The notes: generated from the letters alone by a model not told the origin. A stretch of DNA of 64,000 bases from an uncultured Acidobacteriota bacterium (GCA_963741955.1 CAVUKB010000010.1:224001-288000), one strand, 5' to 3'. Positions 48,202 through 59,074 are shown, counted from the first letter of the stretch. Numbers and translations: made by a program.

Positions 48202-50801
48202 TCAGGGCGAGACTCCGGTTTTCAGAATTCGGGTTTCGATTGCCGCGAGCTCGCTCCAGAGGCCGGCCAGTTCTTCGAATGACCATGGTTTCTTCAGGAC
48301 TCGAATGCTCCGCGACGGCGGACACTCCGAGAGGATGCGTTCGTCTCCATGTCCGGTCGAGAAGATCACCGGAATGTCTGGTCGAACCTCGGCGAGTCTG
48401 CGGCAGACTTCCAGACCAGAGATGTCCGGAAGACCGATGTCGAGGAGTACCAGATCGGGCGACGCTCGCGCGATTGCTTCGGCCGCGCCCTCGCCGCACC
48501 CGAGCCACTCGACCTCGATCTCCTGGAACTGCAGAATCGCCATCAGGCCCGTTGCCACCGTCGCATCGTCTTCCACGATCACGACCTTTCGCGGAAGCGG
48601 CACATGTGCGAGCGGCCGGGAACCCTCCTCGATCCGTTGCGCGCTCGTTCGTGCGGGGAAGAAGAGGTGAAACGTCGTCCCTTCGCCCGGAACGCTCTCG
48701 ACCGAGATCGTCCCGTGGTGCGCCCGCACGATCTGATCGACGATCGACAGCCCGAGTCCGGTCCCCTTCGTCTTGGTGGTGAAGAACGGTTCGAACAGGA
48801 GCGGTATCGTCTGCGCGGCCACGCCGCATCCGCGGTCGCGCACCGAGAAGTGGGCCAGATCCCCCGACTCCGTCGATGCCGCGCCACTCGCTGCCGGACT
48901 TCGCTCGATCGACAAAACGACCGGCCCTCCGTCGGGCATGGCGTCGCGAGCGTTCGAGACGAGGTTGACCAGGACCTGCGAGAGCTGGTCTCGATCGCCG
49001 TGGATGACCAGCCCCTTCGGAACGGAGCCGATCTGCAGTTGGATTTTCGGAGGAAGCAAACCCGCGAGCTCGGTGCTCAGCGAAGTGATCCAGAGCCCGA
49101 CGTCGATCTCGGCCACCACCGGTTCGGGAGGACGCGCAAACCGGAGGATCTCTCCGGTCACACTCCGGCCGCGCCGTACGGATTCGAGGATGTGTGTTGC
49201 CGCAGACTTCGTCTTCGGATCGGGGACCGAACGCTGAATCGTCTCCGCGAACGGCGGGTTCCCATCAGAACGTTGTTGAACTCGTGGGCGGTCCCGGCCG
49301 CGATCCGGCCCAGTGAGGAAAGCCGGTGCGCGCGCTCGAGCTCACTCCGCATCGCCGCGTTCTCCTGTTCGGTCACCACGCGTTCGGTCACGTCTTCAAG
49401 AGAGAAGACCAGCAGACTCACTTCGCCGCCCTCGTCGAGGACCGGCACGAGCGACCAGTCCCAATACGTCGTCCCCCGTTCCGGATGTTCCGCGTATGCG
49501 AACGGCCGGGCGTAGGTCCGAAACGGCTCCTTCGTCGCCACCACCCGCTCGAAGATCGACCGCGCGTCGGAAGGGTAGAGATCGAAGTGGTTCCGTCCGG
49601 GAAATTCGCCGGCCTCCCTCCCATCCGCGCGGGCGTACGCCTCGTTCACCCGAATGAAGTTGAAGTCGCGGTCGAGCAGCGCGAACGGAGTGATGCTTCC
49701 CTGAAAGAAGGCCTCCAGATTGCGGGCCTGCATTGCGAATTCTTCCTCCAGCCTTCGTTGTTTCCGGGCCGAACGGAGCGTCATCAACCCGAACGCGAGA
49801 TCGGAACCGAGCTCCTCGAGAACCTCCAGTTCGCCGCGATCGAACGCATCGATCTCGTCGGAGTAGACCGCGAGGACTCCGAACGGATGATCACGAGTCT
49901 CATCGCGGAGCGGGACGGCGGCGACGGATGCATATCCGCGGAGGAGAGCTTCATCGCGCCACTCGAGCAGACGCGGGTTGTTCGCGAAGTCGCGGCAGAC
50001 TTCGGAGCCGTTCTCGCGCACCGCAGTGCCGACGGCACCCATCGCGGCGGCACCGCTTCCCCAGGAGAAGCGGCAGTCAAGGAGATACTCCGATTCGAAC
50101 CCTGCACGAGCAACCGGAACAATCGTCTTCTCCTCGTCTTCTGAGGCGAAGCCGACCCACGCCATGACATAGCCGCCCTGCCGGACCGCGATTCCGCAGA
50201 TCTCCTCCAGCAGCTCCCGCTCGGCACGGGCGTGGATGACGGCCTGGTTACATGCGCTCACCGTTCGGAGCGCCCGGTTCAGTCGCATCAGTTCCGTTCG
50301 TGAGCGCCGTTGTTCCGTCACGTCGAAGAAGGTTGTCACGACCGCGTACGGAGTGCGCTCTCCGTGTCGGACGAGCGGCCGCACGTTTGCGAACAGATGC
50401 GCCGTTCGGCCGTCCGGCCGCTTCACCGCCATCCCGAGTCCCGAAAGCGGCTCTCCGGTTCGGAATGCAATCGACACCGGATCCTCCGCAGGCGTGCTGT
50501 CTTCCCCTTCCGAGCACCAGAAAGCCCCGGGACAAACGTGCTTCCGGATCTCCTCCGGATTCATTCCGAGGATCTCTTCCGCGGCGTGATTGGCGAAGAG
50601 AATGTGTCCGGCCGGGTCGTGGACGATCAGCCCTTCTCCGATGGCGGCCAGGAGCGACGGGAGGTCCGGCTCGACGATAAGCAATCCCTCCACGGCGCGC
50701 GATCGCGCCGCATCCCGGGACTGGAGGCGTCCGACTTCCCGGATCAGATTCTCCCGCTCCTTTCGGAGACGATCGAGCTCCAGGCGTGGATCGTGTCTCA
50801 T
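48202..50801 (-). pseudogene. hybrid PAS-GAF-PAS histidine kinase/receiver, frameshifted near 49256
   Basis: AHEFNNVLMG H-box; frame then shifts to PFAETIQRS...RRGRSVTGEILRFAR, HATPase and REC domains. Confidence 0.8.
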
Positions 50802-51138
50802 TCCCCCTCCGAGAGGACGGACGGGCTTCGGATCCCCTGACGCGGAGCCCGCCGGGGAAGGGTTCGGGTGAACCCCGTTGTTCCCTTCACAATATCGGTC
50901 CGCGCCGGCGGGTTTGAGAGATCGCCGCAAGGATTCCGATCTTGAAGGTCATGTTACCGAACGCTCATGGCGAGACGCCCGGCCCAGGAGGGTCACGTTT
51001 TCAGCGCCAAGCGCCCCCACCGGTCGCGCCTGTGGGGCGATCCTCTGCGGCGTGGTGCCGGGGAGCGATGGGTGCAAGGCCGCAGAAATCGTGGAGTTGT
51101 CGAGCACCCCTGTTCACGTCATTCTCGGGAGACGCACC

Positions 51139-51996
51139 TCAGCCTACGTCGACTCGACGGTAACGACTCTTCACGAACTGGTACAGCCCGTACGCGATCA
51201 GTCCGAACGCCACGACGGCGAGGAGCCATTGGCCTCCCGCGGAGAGAGTTCGCAGGGATCCGGCTGTCCCGTGGGCCTGGCTCGGGTTCGCGTTCCAGCC
51301 CGCCCGGACGAGTGAGACGCCGACGATGCCGAACACCACGCCGCGCGCTGCGATGCCGAAACGCGCGACACCGATCACCCACCGTCGAGCACGAGCTCCG
51401 AGTCCGGTGAGTGCCAGCTCTTTCGTCAGGCGCGCCGCCCAGGCACGCCAGAGCGCGACCAGCCCGTAGATCACCACTCCGATGCCGATCGCGATCGCCA
51501 GCCATTTTCCCGCCGGGGAGCCGATCAGTTTCGCCGTCCAGTGCTGTGTCCCCTGGTCGCCTCCGGCGCTCTGCTGGCCGAACGGATTGATCGCCATCCG
51601 CACCGCTTCGGCCGTGAGGGCGAGATAGATCAATCCGCGGACGAGCTGCGAGGCACGGATCGTCAGACCTTTCGCATCGTCACCCCGCGCCTCCGGGTCG
51701 GTCCATGCCTCGACGATCCGCCAGACCGCATACCCGAGGAATCCCGCGGCGATGAGCACCAGGAGGGCGCGGCCGTAGGGAGCGTGGCTGATTCGCGCCA
51801 TCGCGCCGCTCATGCTCTCTTCGCCGCCACCACCTCCGAACGCCGCATCCACCGCCAGCGCGCCGATGATGATGTAGACCACTCCCTTCATCGCATAGCC
51901 GACCCGTGCGAGACGCTCGATCCATGGAGCCACCCGACGGGCCGCACCCTCTGCCGCAGCTTCACCTTGTCGTGCTGCTCTCGATATCTCATTCAT
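51139..51996 (-). CDS. DUF1206 family membrane protein
   Basis: LARVGYAMKGVVY, ARFGIAARGVVF, GLIAYGLY repeats. Confidence 0.85.
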   Translation of the reverse strand: MNEISRAARQGEAAAEGAARRVAPWIERLARVGYAMKGVVYIIIGALAVDAAFGGGGGEESMSGAMARISHAPYGRALLVLIAAGFLGYAVWRIVEAWTDPEARGDDAKGLTIRASQLVRGLIYLALTAEAVRMAINPFGQQSAGGDQGTQHWTAKLIGSPAGKWLAIAIGIGVVIYGLVALWRAWAARLTKELALTGLGARARRWVIGVARFGIAARGVVFGIVGVSLVRAGWNANPSQAHGTAGSLRTLSAGGQWLLAVVAFGLIAYGLYQFVKSRYRRVDVG

Positions 51997-52015
51997 GCCG
52001 CTTCAACATTGCCAG

Positions 52016-52155
52016 GAGAATGCCCGAAAGGGACTTTCTGTCAGGAAAAAGCGGAACAGCGCTCGGGGGAGCGAGCTCGGGCGAGGAGAGCGGATTCAGG
52101 TGATCCTCGTCGCAGATCCGTTTTCGGAGCAGGACAGTTTCTATCGCGCAGACTC
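52016..52155. mobile_element. IS1182-type end / degenerate MITE
   Basis: 52137-52155 matches the IS left end at 18/19 nt in reverse; degenerate partner end at 52016. Confidence 0.5.
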
Positions 52156-52238
52156 CTCGCCCTCCTCTCGACTCATCACGTCGCAATCGTGAACCTCTGA
52201 ACCCCCTGCAGCCGGCACTGCGATACGATCGCCCTGCC

Positions 52239-53417
52239 ATGACCACGAAAACCCTCCCCATCGCCCGCCGGATGTCCGAGATCGAGCCATTCCACGTGAT
52301 GGATCTGCTCGCCGAAGCGAAGAAGCTCGAGGCCGCCGGGCGCGACATCGTACACATGGAAGTCGGTGAGCCCGATTTCCTGACCCCGATCCCGATCGTG
52401 CAGGCGGGGCTTCGCGCACTCGAGCGTGGCGAGATCCACTACACGCCCGCAGTCGGGATCGCGCCCCTTCGGGAGGCGATCGCACGCTTCTACGCCGAAC
52501 GCCGGGGGGTGACGATTCCGGCCGGGCGTGTCGTCGTGACTCCGGGCGCCTCGGGCGCGCTCCTTCTCACCGCCGGAATCCTGATCGATCCCGGCTCACA
52601 GGTGCTCATCGCGGATCCCGGGTATCCGTGCAACCGCCACTTCATTCGTCTCATGGAGGGAGAGGCGGTTCGCATCCCGGTGGGCCCGGATACGGGATGG
52701 CAGCTCACACCGGAGCTGATCGAGAAGAACTGGACCGATCGGACCGTGGCGGTTCTGGTCGGCTCACCGTCGAATCCCACTGGAACCATCCTCCCGGACC
52801 CCGTACTGAAGGGGATCGTAGACGTGGTGGAGCGACTCGGCGGGACTCTCATCGTCGACGAGATCTACCACGGCCTGGTTCATGAGGGTCACGTCTCCAC
52901 TGCGCTCCGTTTCAGCGACGACGTGATCGTGATAAACAGCTTCTCGAAGTACTTCGGGATGACCGGATGGCGGCTGGGCTGGGTGGTCGCTCCCGAACGG
53001 CAGGTGCGGGAGATGGACAAACTCGCGCAGAACATCTTTCTCGCGCCGTCGACGATCGCCCAGCACGCGGCGCTCGCCGCGTTCGAGCCGGAGACGATCG
53101 AGATTCTGGAGCACCGGAGGGAGGAGTTCCGGAAGCGTCGCGACTTTCTCGTCCCCGAGCTTCGACGGCTCGGATTCGAGATTCCGGTAGTGCCGCAGGG
53201 AGCGTTCTACATCTACGCGAATGTGGCGAATCTGACCGGAGACAGTGATGCCTTCTCGCGGCAGCTCCTCAACGAAGCGGGCGTGGCGATCACCCCGGGT
53301 CGCGATTTCGAGTGTGGAGCTCCCGACGCACACGTCCGCTTCGCCTGTACCACGTCGGTCGAGCGGCTCGCCGAGGGAGTGCGGCGGATCGAGCAGTGGC
53401 TCCGCGAGCGGCGGTGA
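52239..53417 (+). CDS. class I PLP-dependent aminotransferase
   Basis: GEPDF, SPSNPTG, DEIYH, SFSKYFGMTGWRLG. Confidence 0.93.
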   Translation: MTTKTLPIARRMSEIEPFHVMDLLAEAKKLEAAGRDIVHMEVGEPDFLTPIPIVQAGLRALERGEIHYTPAVGIAPLREAIARFYAERRGVTIPAGRVVVTPGASGALLLTAGILIDPGSQVLIADPGYPCNRHFIRLMEGEAVRIPVGPDTGWQLTPELIEKNWTDRTVAVLVGSPSNPTGTILPDPVLKGIVDVVERLGGTLIVDEIYHGLVHEGHVSTALRFSDDVIVINSFSKYFGMTGWRLGWVVAPERQVREMDKLAQNIFLAPSTIAQHAALAAFEPETIEILEHRREEFRKRRDFLVPELRRLGFEIPVVPQGAFYIYANVANLTGDSDAFSRQLLNEAGVAITPGRDFECGAPDAHVRFACTTSVERLAEGVRRIEQWLRERR

Positions 53418-53644
53418 GTGAAAACACAGACTCTGGCGAACTGTGACGAATGGCCGCTCTACGCTGCCAGGTCTCAGGTTAGCTCGCAATTCGTCGGAAG
53501 AAGGAAGCCTTGGAGACTGTGCGTCTGTTACGAAACGGTAACAGCGTTCGGATTCGAGGTGTCGTTTCCACCTTTCGGAGGAACTCCATAGTAAGGGCTG
53601 AACTCCTCGACGTAACCACAGTTACGGTCAATTAGAACGGGGGA

Positions 53645-54061
53645 ATGGAGAATCTTATGAAGGGTTCGGTACAACGGCATCGCGCATGGATCTACATCAC
53701 TCGTCTCGTAATTCTCGCGGTTGGACTTCTCTCGGTATCTGGAATGGCATACGCGCAGTACAACGACGAGGTCTGCCCGGCAGAGTACTCGTACGAGGAA
53801 TGCATTGACCACGGCTACTTCAACGATATCGGCAATGGTGTTGGTGGCGGGGGCGGCGGTGGAGGATATTGTCAAAACGTGATCCGGTCGGTCGCGATCG
53901 TGTGGGTGCAGTGTTCGGACGGAAATACGTACGACTGTCCGATTGCGAACTGCTGGAATTCTCCGGAAAGTAATAAATACTGTGACCCTCCGATCACCGC
54001 GGGTTGTTGCCCGGATGGGACGCATGAGGGGCAAGATGTCGTACAGAAGGACTGCAGGTAG
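53645..54061 (+). CDS. secreted cysteine-rich small protein
   Basis: Signal peptide ending AYA; 10 Cys in mature part; Gly8 linker; start may be 53657. Confidence 0.7.
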   Translation: MENLMKGSVQRHRAWIYITRLVILAVGLLSVSGMAYAQYNDEVCPAEYSYEECIDHGYFNDIGNGVGGGGGGGGYCQNVIRSVAIVWVQCSDGNTYDCPIANCWNSPESNKYCDPPITAGCCPDGTHEGQDVVQKDCR

Positions 54062-54070
54062 GGAGATCAC

Positions 54071-55171
54071 ATGAAAACCACAATCTCATCCCTGATTCTG
54101 GTGCTTTCCGCGGCGCTTGTTCTCGGTGCGAACCACGGGAAGATGGCCTACTTCGAACGAAAGCCGCTTTCGACGAACGATCCCGTCCGCCAGCTGCTCG
54201 ATTCTGCGATGCGGGTGCAGCCCCTCTCCGACGGCTCGCTCATGGTGATCCACCGGCTGGAGGGATTCGAAGCAAACGCGTTCGGCGCGTCGATCGTCCA
54301 GCCCGATGGGAGTCGCGCGGCAATTCGTGCGAAGGATTGTCTTCCGGAAGGAGACGCTCGATCCGGAGCCGCCGGACAGATCTATTCGGGCGCCATCCTC
54401 GACGACCGAACGACCCTGGTCCTTGCGATCGGCTGGACGAACGCGAAAGGACGCAACATCAATGGTCTCGCGATTCTGGGGAAGAGCGGATCGACCTGGA
54501 AGCCGCGTCACGTCATCGTCCTCTCAGGAAGTGTCCGCGACATCGCAGCAGGTCCCGCGGACTCGATTGCCGCCCTTACCGTCACGCCGGCGGGAGGCGA
54601 AGGGAGAGCCCGCAATGATCTCCTGATTCTGCAGACGGACGGCTCGATCCTCCTCGAGCTGAAGCCGTGGGGAGGGGGAGAGGACTCGCGAGAGAATGCC
54701 GAAGCGCGGGCGATCGCAGCACGACTGCAGCGGAGTGGAGCCAGCGACATCGCGCTGCTCGACGTCCTGAGCGGCGTGGCGAGCGTCTTCCGCCTCGACA
54801 TCGGGAAGTCGGACCCTTCTGCGCACCAGAAAGACTTCTTTCTCTATCCGCGATACGCCGAAGGGTCGAAGAACAGTGCTCGCCGGAGCCGCCTCTTCGG
54901 GTTCTCCGCGGCCCCTGCCGGATCGGAAGGGTTCGTCCCGATCAAGGTCGAGGCGGCCCATCTGAACGGCGACGGCTCGCTCAGCGTGGTGCGGCAGGGA
55001 TTGAAGGGAGGGTCCACCACCGTATTCGTCTCGACCTACGGTCGCCCCGAGGGGATTCGAACCGTGAGCTCGAACGTGCTGTGGAAGGGCGTCTGGCTCG
55101 AAGAAGGAAGCGCGCACGCACTGGAGCTCGCGCCGGACCGGGCCGACCAGGTGCGCGCCCGGACGCCCTGA
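54071..55171 (+). CDS. secreted beta-rich hypothetical protein
   Basis: MKTTISSLILVLSAALVLGA signal; SD GGGAG; 9 bp after the Cys-rich gene. Confidence 0.7.
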   Translation: MKTTISSLILVLSAALVLGANHGKMAYFERKPLSTNDPVRQLLDSAMRVQPLSDGSLMVIHRLEGFEANAFGASIVQPDGSRAAIRAKDCLPEGDARSGAAGQIYSGAILDDRTTLVLAIGWTNAKGRNINGLAILGKSGSTWKPRHVIVLSGSVRDIAAGPADSIAALTVTPAGGEGRARNDLLILQTDGSILLELKPWGGGEDSRENAEARAIAARLQRSGASDIALLDVLSGVASVFRLDIGKSDPSAHQKDFFLYPRYAEGSKNSARRSRLFGFSAAPAGSEGFVPIKVEAAHLNGDGSLSVVRQGLKGGSTTVFVSTYGRPEGIRTVSSNVLWKGVWLEEGSAHALELAPDRADQVRARTP

Positions 55172-55196
55172 CCATTCGGAGTCTGCGCATGCTCCG

Positions 55197-55730
55197 TCAG
55201 ATCACCGCACGGATCGCGCGGCGCACGAGGTCCGTCGTGACTCCATACACCAGATGCGACGCGAGCGCTTCCCCATGCTGCTGCACCGGCGTAGCGGTCG
55301 GCTTTTCGGAAAGGCCCAGTGCGGGAACCGCCACCTCGTCTGCAGCAGCCCACAGCGCTGCGCCGAACGGAATGCCGAGCCCTGCCGCCGTGATCGGAGC
55401 AACCTCCGCGAGACCGCCATAAAGCGCGCCCATGGTCATCCCGAATCCGTAGTGGACGGCCGGTCCGGCGATCTTCTTCTGCCGTTCGCTGAGCGGGTGA
55501 TCGAAGATCCCCTCCGAGACTTTCTTCACGATCTTCATCGTCGCCGGATCGTTCTCTTCCTCCCGCTCCATCTCCGTATCGTTCTCCGTCTCGCGATCGC
55601 GGCCGTCGCCGTCCCCGGAGATGAGCTCTTCGGCCTTACTCCACGCCTGGTGCGTGTAGTCCATCACGTACGAAGCGACGAGTCCGCCGATCGCCCCGGC
55701 GATGATTCCCTTGATCGGTTCTCTTTCCAT
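55197..55730 (-). CDS. DUF1440-like membrane protein
   Basis: GAIGGLVASYVM, VHYGFG, WAAADE..VPALGL, SHLVYG. Confidence 0.8.
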   Translation of the reverse strand: MEREPIKGIIAGAIGGLVASYVMDYTHQAWSKAEELISGDGDGRDRETENDTEMEREEENDPATMKIVKKVSEGIFDHPLSERQKKIAGPAVHYGFGMTMGALYGGLAEVAPITAAGLGIPFGAALWAAADEVAVPALGLSEKPTATPVQQHGEALASHLVYGVTTDLVRRAIRAVI

Positions 55731-55754
55731 CCATCCCTCCTCATCTTCGAGGGG

Positions 55755-55770
55755 AGCAAGATTCCGGCCG
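55755..55770 (-). promoter_or_regulatory. candidate sigma54 promoter
   Basis: CGGCCGGAATCTTGCT, 25 bp upstream of ATG. Confidence 0.5.
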
Positions 55771-55785
55771 GGCCTTTCGCTCGAC

Positions 55786-57066
55786 TTACAGACCCGAAGC
55801 GACGACGGCCTCCGCCGCTCGCCTCCCCGTCTCCAGTGCGCCTTCGACCGTGCCGTAGTTTTTCTCCGACAGCGCTTCGCCCGCGAAGAAGATCGTCTCC
55901 TCGACCGGCGCGGTGAGCGCGTGGCGTGCGGCCTCTCCTCCGATGCCCGGATACGAATACGCGCCGCGGCTCCACGGATCGGCAGACCAGTCATGATGAC
56001 GCCAGTCGACGAACCGCTCGTCGAGCTCACTCCTCTCGACGCCGAGAAGCGTCGCGAGCTCGTCCAGCGCGATTCCGAGCCGGGAGGTCTCGCTCATCGC
56101 CGCGAGACTCGCCGCCTTCGGTCCGCCGCACCACGCGACGAGCACTGCTGCGCGTAGCGGTGCCGTCGTCCACCACGTGTGAAACCGGGCGCCGGGGTCG
56201 TGGAGGAAAGCCATCTGCCGTCCGAAGCGGTTCTCCCAGAAAGGGGTCCGGAACCGGAGGAGCATTTTCACGACCTCTCCCATGTGCAAAGAGGCGAAGG
56301 CGAGATCGATGCTCTCTATCGGTGGATCGATCTCGAGAGTCCGAAGGATCGGGAGGGGAACCGTGATCACCACGGTGCGGCCGTGGATCTCTCGCGCTTC
56401 ACCACCCTGGCGGTAGCGGACGAGAACGCGGCCGCGAGACCACTCGATTCGCTCGACCGCAGCTCCGACGTGGATCTCTTCGCCCTGGGATGCGATCCGT
56501 CTTTCCAGCCGCTGAACCAGTGTGTCGTATCCCGGAGCGGGCCGTCTCTGCCTCATCGCGCCATCGTCTCCGAACGAGAGAGCGCGGCCGCTCATCTTCG
56601 CCGGATCGGCCGCCTCGAAGCCTTCCACGAAAGAGCGTGCGAGTCGGGCGGCGTTCGGCTCGCGCTCCGCAAATTCTCCCAGCGCTTCGGCCACCGTTGC
56701 CTCCCGTTGGTCGGGAACGAAGTCCCGGATCCGTGCGAGCCGTTCCCAGAAATTCGAGAGGGTATCGAGCGATCCATCTTCGCGGGAGAGGAGATGCTCG
56801 TCGGGAACGTCCACCGCTTCGCTCTCGTCGAAGACGGACATCGTCTCGGATGCTTCGCCGTGGATCCATTCCGCACCGAGCTCGATCGGCACCGGCCAGT
56901 CGGGGTCCGCGACGGTCAGAATGCGGCCGCCGAGCCGCTCTCGCGCCTCGATCACCACCACGTCGAGTCCTCGGCCGCCGAGGAGCGATGCGGCGCGGAG
57001 ACCGGCTGCCCCGCCTCCGACCACGACGACGTCGGCTTCACGAGCCGGCGAACGCATTGCACCCAT
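55786..57066 (-). CDS. flavin monoamine oxidase family protein
   Basis: GGGAAG, EARERLGGR, ELGAEWIHG, GAYS, FAGE, GTVEGA. Confidence 0.9.
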   Translation of the reverse strand: MGAMRSPAREADVVVVGGGAAGLRAASLLGGRGLDVVVIEARERLGGRILTVADPDWPVPIELGAEWIHGEASETMSVFDESEAVDVPDEHLLSREDGSLDTLSNFWERLARIRDFVPDQREATVAEALGEFAEREPNAARLARSFVEGFEAADPAKMSGRALSFGDDGAMRQRRPAPGYDTLVQRLERRIASQGEEIHVGAAVERIEWSRGRVLVRYRQGGEAREIHGRTVVITVPLPILRTLEIDPPIESIDLAFASLHMGEVVKMLLRFRTPFWENRFGRQMAFLHDPGARFHTWWTTAPLRAAVLVAWCGGPKAASLAAMSETSRLGIALDELATLLGVERSELDERFVDWRHHDWSADPWSRGAYSYPGIGGEAARHALTAPVEETIFFAGEALSEKNYGTVEGALETGRRAAEAVVASGL

Positions 57067-57157
57067 GCGAAAGGTCGCAAGCGGAAAGAATGCCCATGCA
57101 AGAAATGCCCGCGTAGAAGCCGCTCCGGGACGTGGTTCGCGCGTAGCGCGGATCGCT

Positions 57158-57637
57158 TCAGCCGTTCAGCCGCACGATCTCGAAGTTCAGCGCTCCCGCG
57201 TAAGCGGTCCACGCGAGGTAAGGCGCGAACATCCACGCGGCCGGGCGGTCGGTGCGTGCGGCGACGCGCGTGTAGGCGACTTCCGCCGCGAAGAGGAGGG
57301 CGAGATCCGCGAGTGCCACGGCCGGGCGTCCGGCCCCGAAAAAGATCGGACTCCACGCGGCATTCAGAACCAGCTGTCCGGCCCAGAGCCGCAGTCCGGC
57401 GTCGCGGGAGGGAGTATGCGCCGCGCGCCACATCCGGTATCCCGAAACGGCCATCAGAACGTAGAGCGTGGTCCAGGCGGGCCCGAAGAGCCAGTCGGGC
57501 GGGGTGAAGAAAGGCTTCTCGAGATTGGCGTACCACTCTCCGGCCGCCGTTCCGGTTCTCGGAGCGACGAACGTTCCGGCGAGTGCGGCACCCGCAACTG
57601 CGGCGCCGAAGAGGAGTTTCGCCATTGATCTCGACAT
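57158..57637 (-). CDS. tspO: TspO/MBR family protein
   Basis: WYANLEKPFFTPP..LFGPAWT.LY, LNAAWSPIFFG, PYLAW; start 57625, 57637 or 57661. Confidence 0.9.
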   Translation of the reverse strand: MSRSMAKLLFGAAVAGAALAGTFVAPRTGTAAGEWYANLEKPFFTPPDWLFGPAWTTLYVLMAVSGYRMWRAAHTPSRDAGLRLWAGQLVLNAAWSPIFFGAGRPAVALADLALLFAAEVAYTRVAARTDRPAAWMFAPYLAWTAYAGALNFEIVRLNG

Positions 57638-57649
57638 GGTCTCGGCAAG

Positions 57650-57664
57650 TGCAATCGTCATACC
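57650..57664 (-). promoter_or_regulatory. candidate sigma54 promoter
   Basis: GGTATGACGATTGCA (GG-N10-GC). Confidence 0.4.
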
Positions 57665-57746
57665 CCGCCTGTTTCGCTTCGAGAACCGGAAAGTACGAAA
57701 GAGCGGGGAAGGGATCAGTGTTTCCGGTGGATCCGTGGAATTTGAT

Positions 57747-57968
57747 TCAGGACGTCCGAGTCGCCTCACGCGCGACGGATCCGAACACGACTGATGCGCT
57801 GGAGGACGGCTTCTTCTCCGGAGCCGGCGCGGGACGGTTCGCGAGGAAAGCCCAGGCGAGGAGGACGAGGCCGAGGATCAGCGCGATGATGAAGAAGAGC
57901 GACGGACCTCCGCGCTCCTCGCGCGCTGCGCGCGCGTTGCTGACCTTCCGTACAGGTTTGGCTCTCAT
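57747..57968 (-). CDS. small single-pass membrane protein
   Basis: Basic N-terminus, one strong TM segment, SD GGAGA. Confidence 0.55.
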   Translation of the reverse strand: MRAKPVRKVSNARAAREERGGPSLFFIIALILGLVLLAWAFLANRPAPAPEKKPSSSASVVFGSVAREATRTS

Positions 57969-58008
57969 GATCGGATCTCCTCTGGAACGCTCTCCTCGAT
58001 TTCCGGGG

Positions 58009-58950
58009 TCATGTCTTTCGAAGGAGGACGCGATTGACGACGTGGTTCTCTCCCTTTTCGAGGATCAGCGTCGCCCGCTCCCGGGTGGGAAGAATGTTGT
58101 GTCGCAGATTCACCAGATTGATCCTCTCCCACACTCCGCGCGCGAATGCGTCGGCTTCTTCTTCGCTCATGGAGGCGAAGTTGTGAAAGTAGGCTTCCGG
58201 GTCCCGGAACGCGGTCTGCCTCAGACGGCGGAAGCGCTCCACGAACCAGCTTTCCAGCTCCTTCTCGCCCGCGTTCACGTAGATGGAGAAATCGACGAAG
58301 TCGGAGACGAACACGGAGTGGATCGTGCCGCTCTGGAGCACGTTCAGCCCTTCGAGAATCACGATGTCGGGCCTGGAGATCTCCAGCCACTCTTCCGGCA
58401 GCACGTCGTAGCGGAAATGCGAGTAGACCGGAACGCGCAGAGGTGCGATCCCCGACTTCAGATCGGAGACGAAGCGGACCAGGCGCGGACGGTCGTACGA
58501 CTCGGGGAAGCCTTTCCGGTCCATGATTCCGCGGTCCTGCAGGATGCGGTTCGGAAAGAGGAACCCGTCCGTGGTCACCAGATCCACCCGAGGATGGTTC
58601 GGCCATCGCGAGAGGAGAGTCCGGAGAATTCGTGCAGTGGTGCTCTTGCCCACCGAGACACTCCCTGCGATCGCGATGACGTAAGGCACTTTCGGCGCGA
58701 GCGTTCCGAGAAAGCGGCTGCTCACACGATGGAGCTCCTGGACCGCTGCAATGTGGAGATTGAGCAGGCGCGAGAGCGGGAGGTAGATCTTTTCGACTTC
58801 ATCGATCGAAAGCGCCTCGGTGATCCCGCTCAGCTCCGCGACGTCGCTCTCGCTCAACGTCATCTCCGTCTCGCCGCGGAGCGCCGCCCATGTGCTGCGC
58901 TCGAACGCGAGGTAGGGAGTCTTCTCACCGGGTGCCGCAGCGGTGGTCAT
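58009..58950 (-). CDS. coaA: type I pantothenate kinase
   Basis: [36 protein letters not shown]. Confidence 0.95.
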   Translation of the reverse strand: MTTAAAPGEKTPYLAFERSTWAALRGETEMTLSESDVAELSGITEALSIDEVEKIYLPLSRLLNLHIAAVQELHRVSSRFLGTLAPKVPYVIAIAGSVSVGKSTTARILRTLLSRWPNHPRVDLVTTDGFLFPNRILQDRGIMDRKGFPESYDRPRLVRFVSDLKSGIAPLRVPVYSHFRYDVLPEEWLEISRPDIVILEGLNVLQSGTIHSVFVSDFVDFSIYVNAGEKELESWFVERFRRLRQTAFRDPEAYFHNFASMSEEEADAFARGVWERINLVNLRHNILPTRERATLILEKGENHVVNRVLLRKT

Positions 58951-59074
58951 GCGGACAGATTACAGGAAGAGAGACGAATGAAGAATCCGGAGCTCAGCCC
59001 ATTCAGTAAGAAGATCAGGCGATCATCACTGTTTCGCCGAAAAGGGCTTCCTCTCGGGGCCTGCCGGCGCGCCG

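Noticed and set aside
55178-55188. IS-end-like GGAGTCTGCGC
   Set aside because: Only 11 nt and part of a hairpin between convergent genes; probably chance
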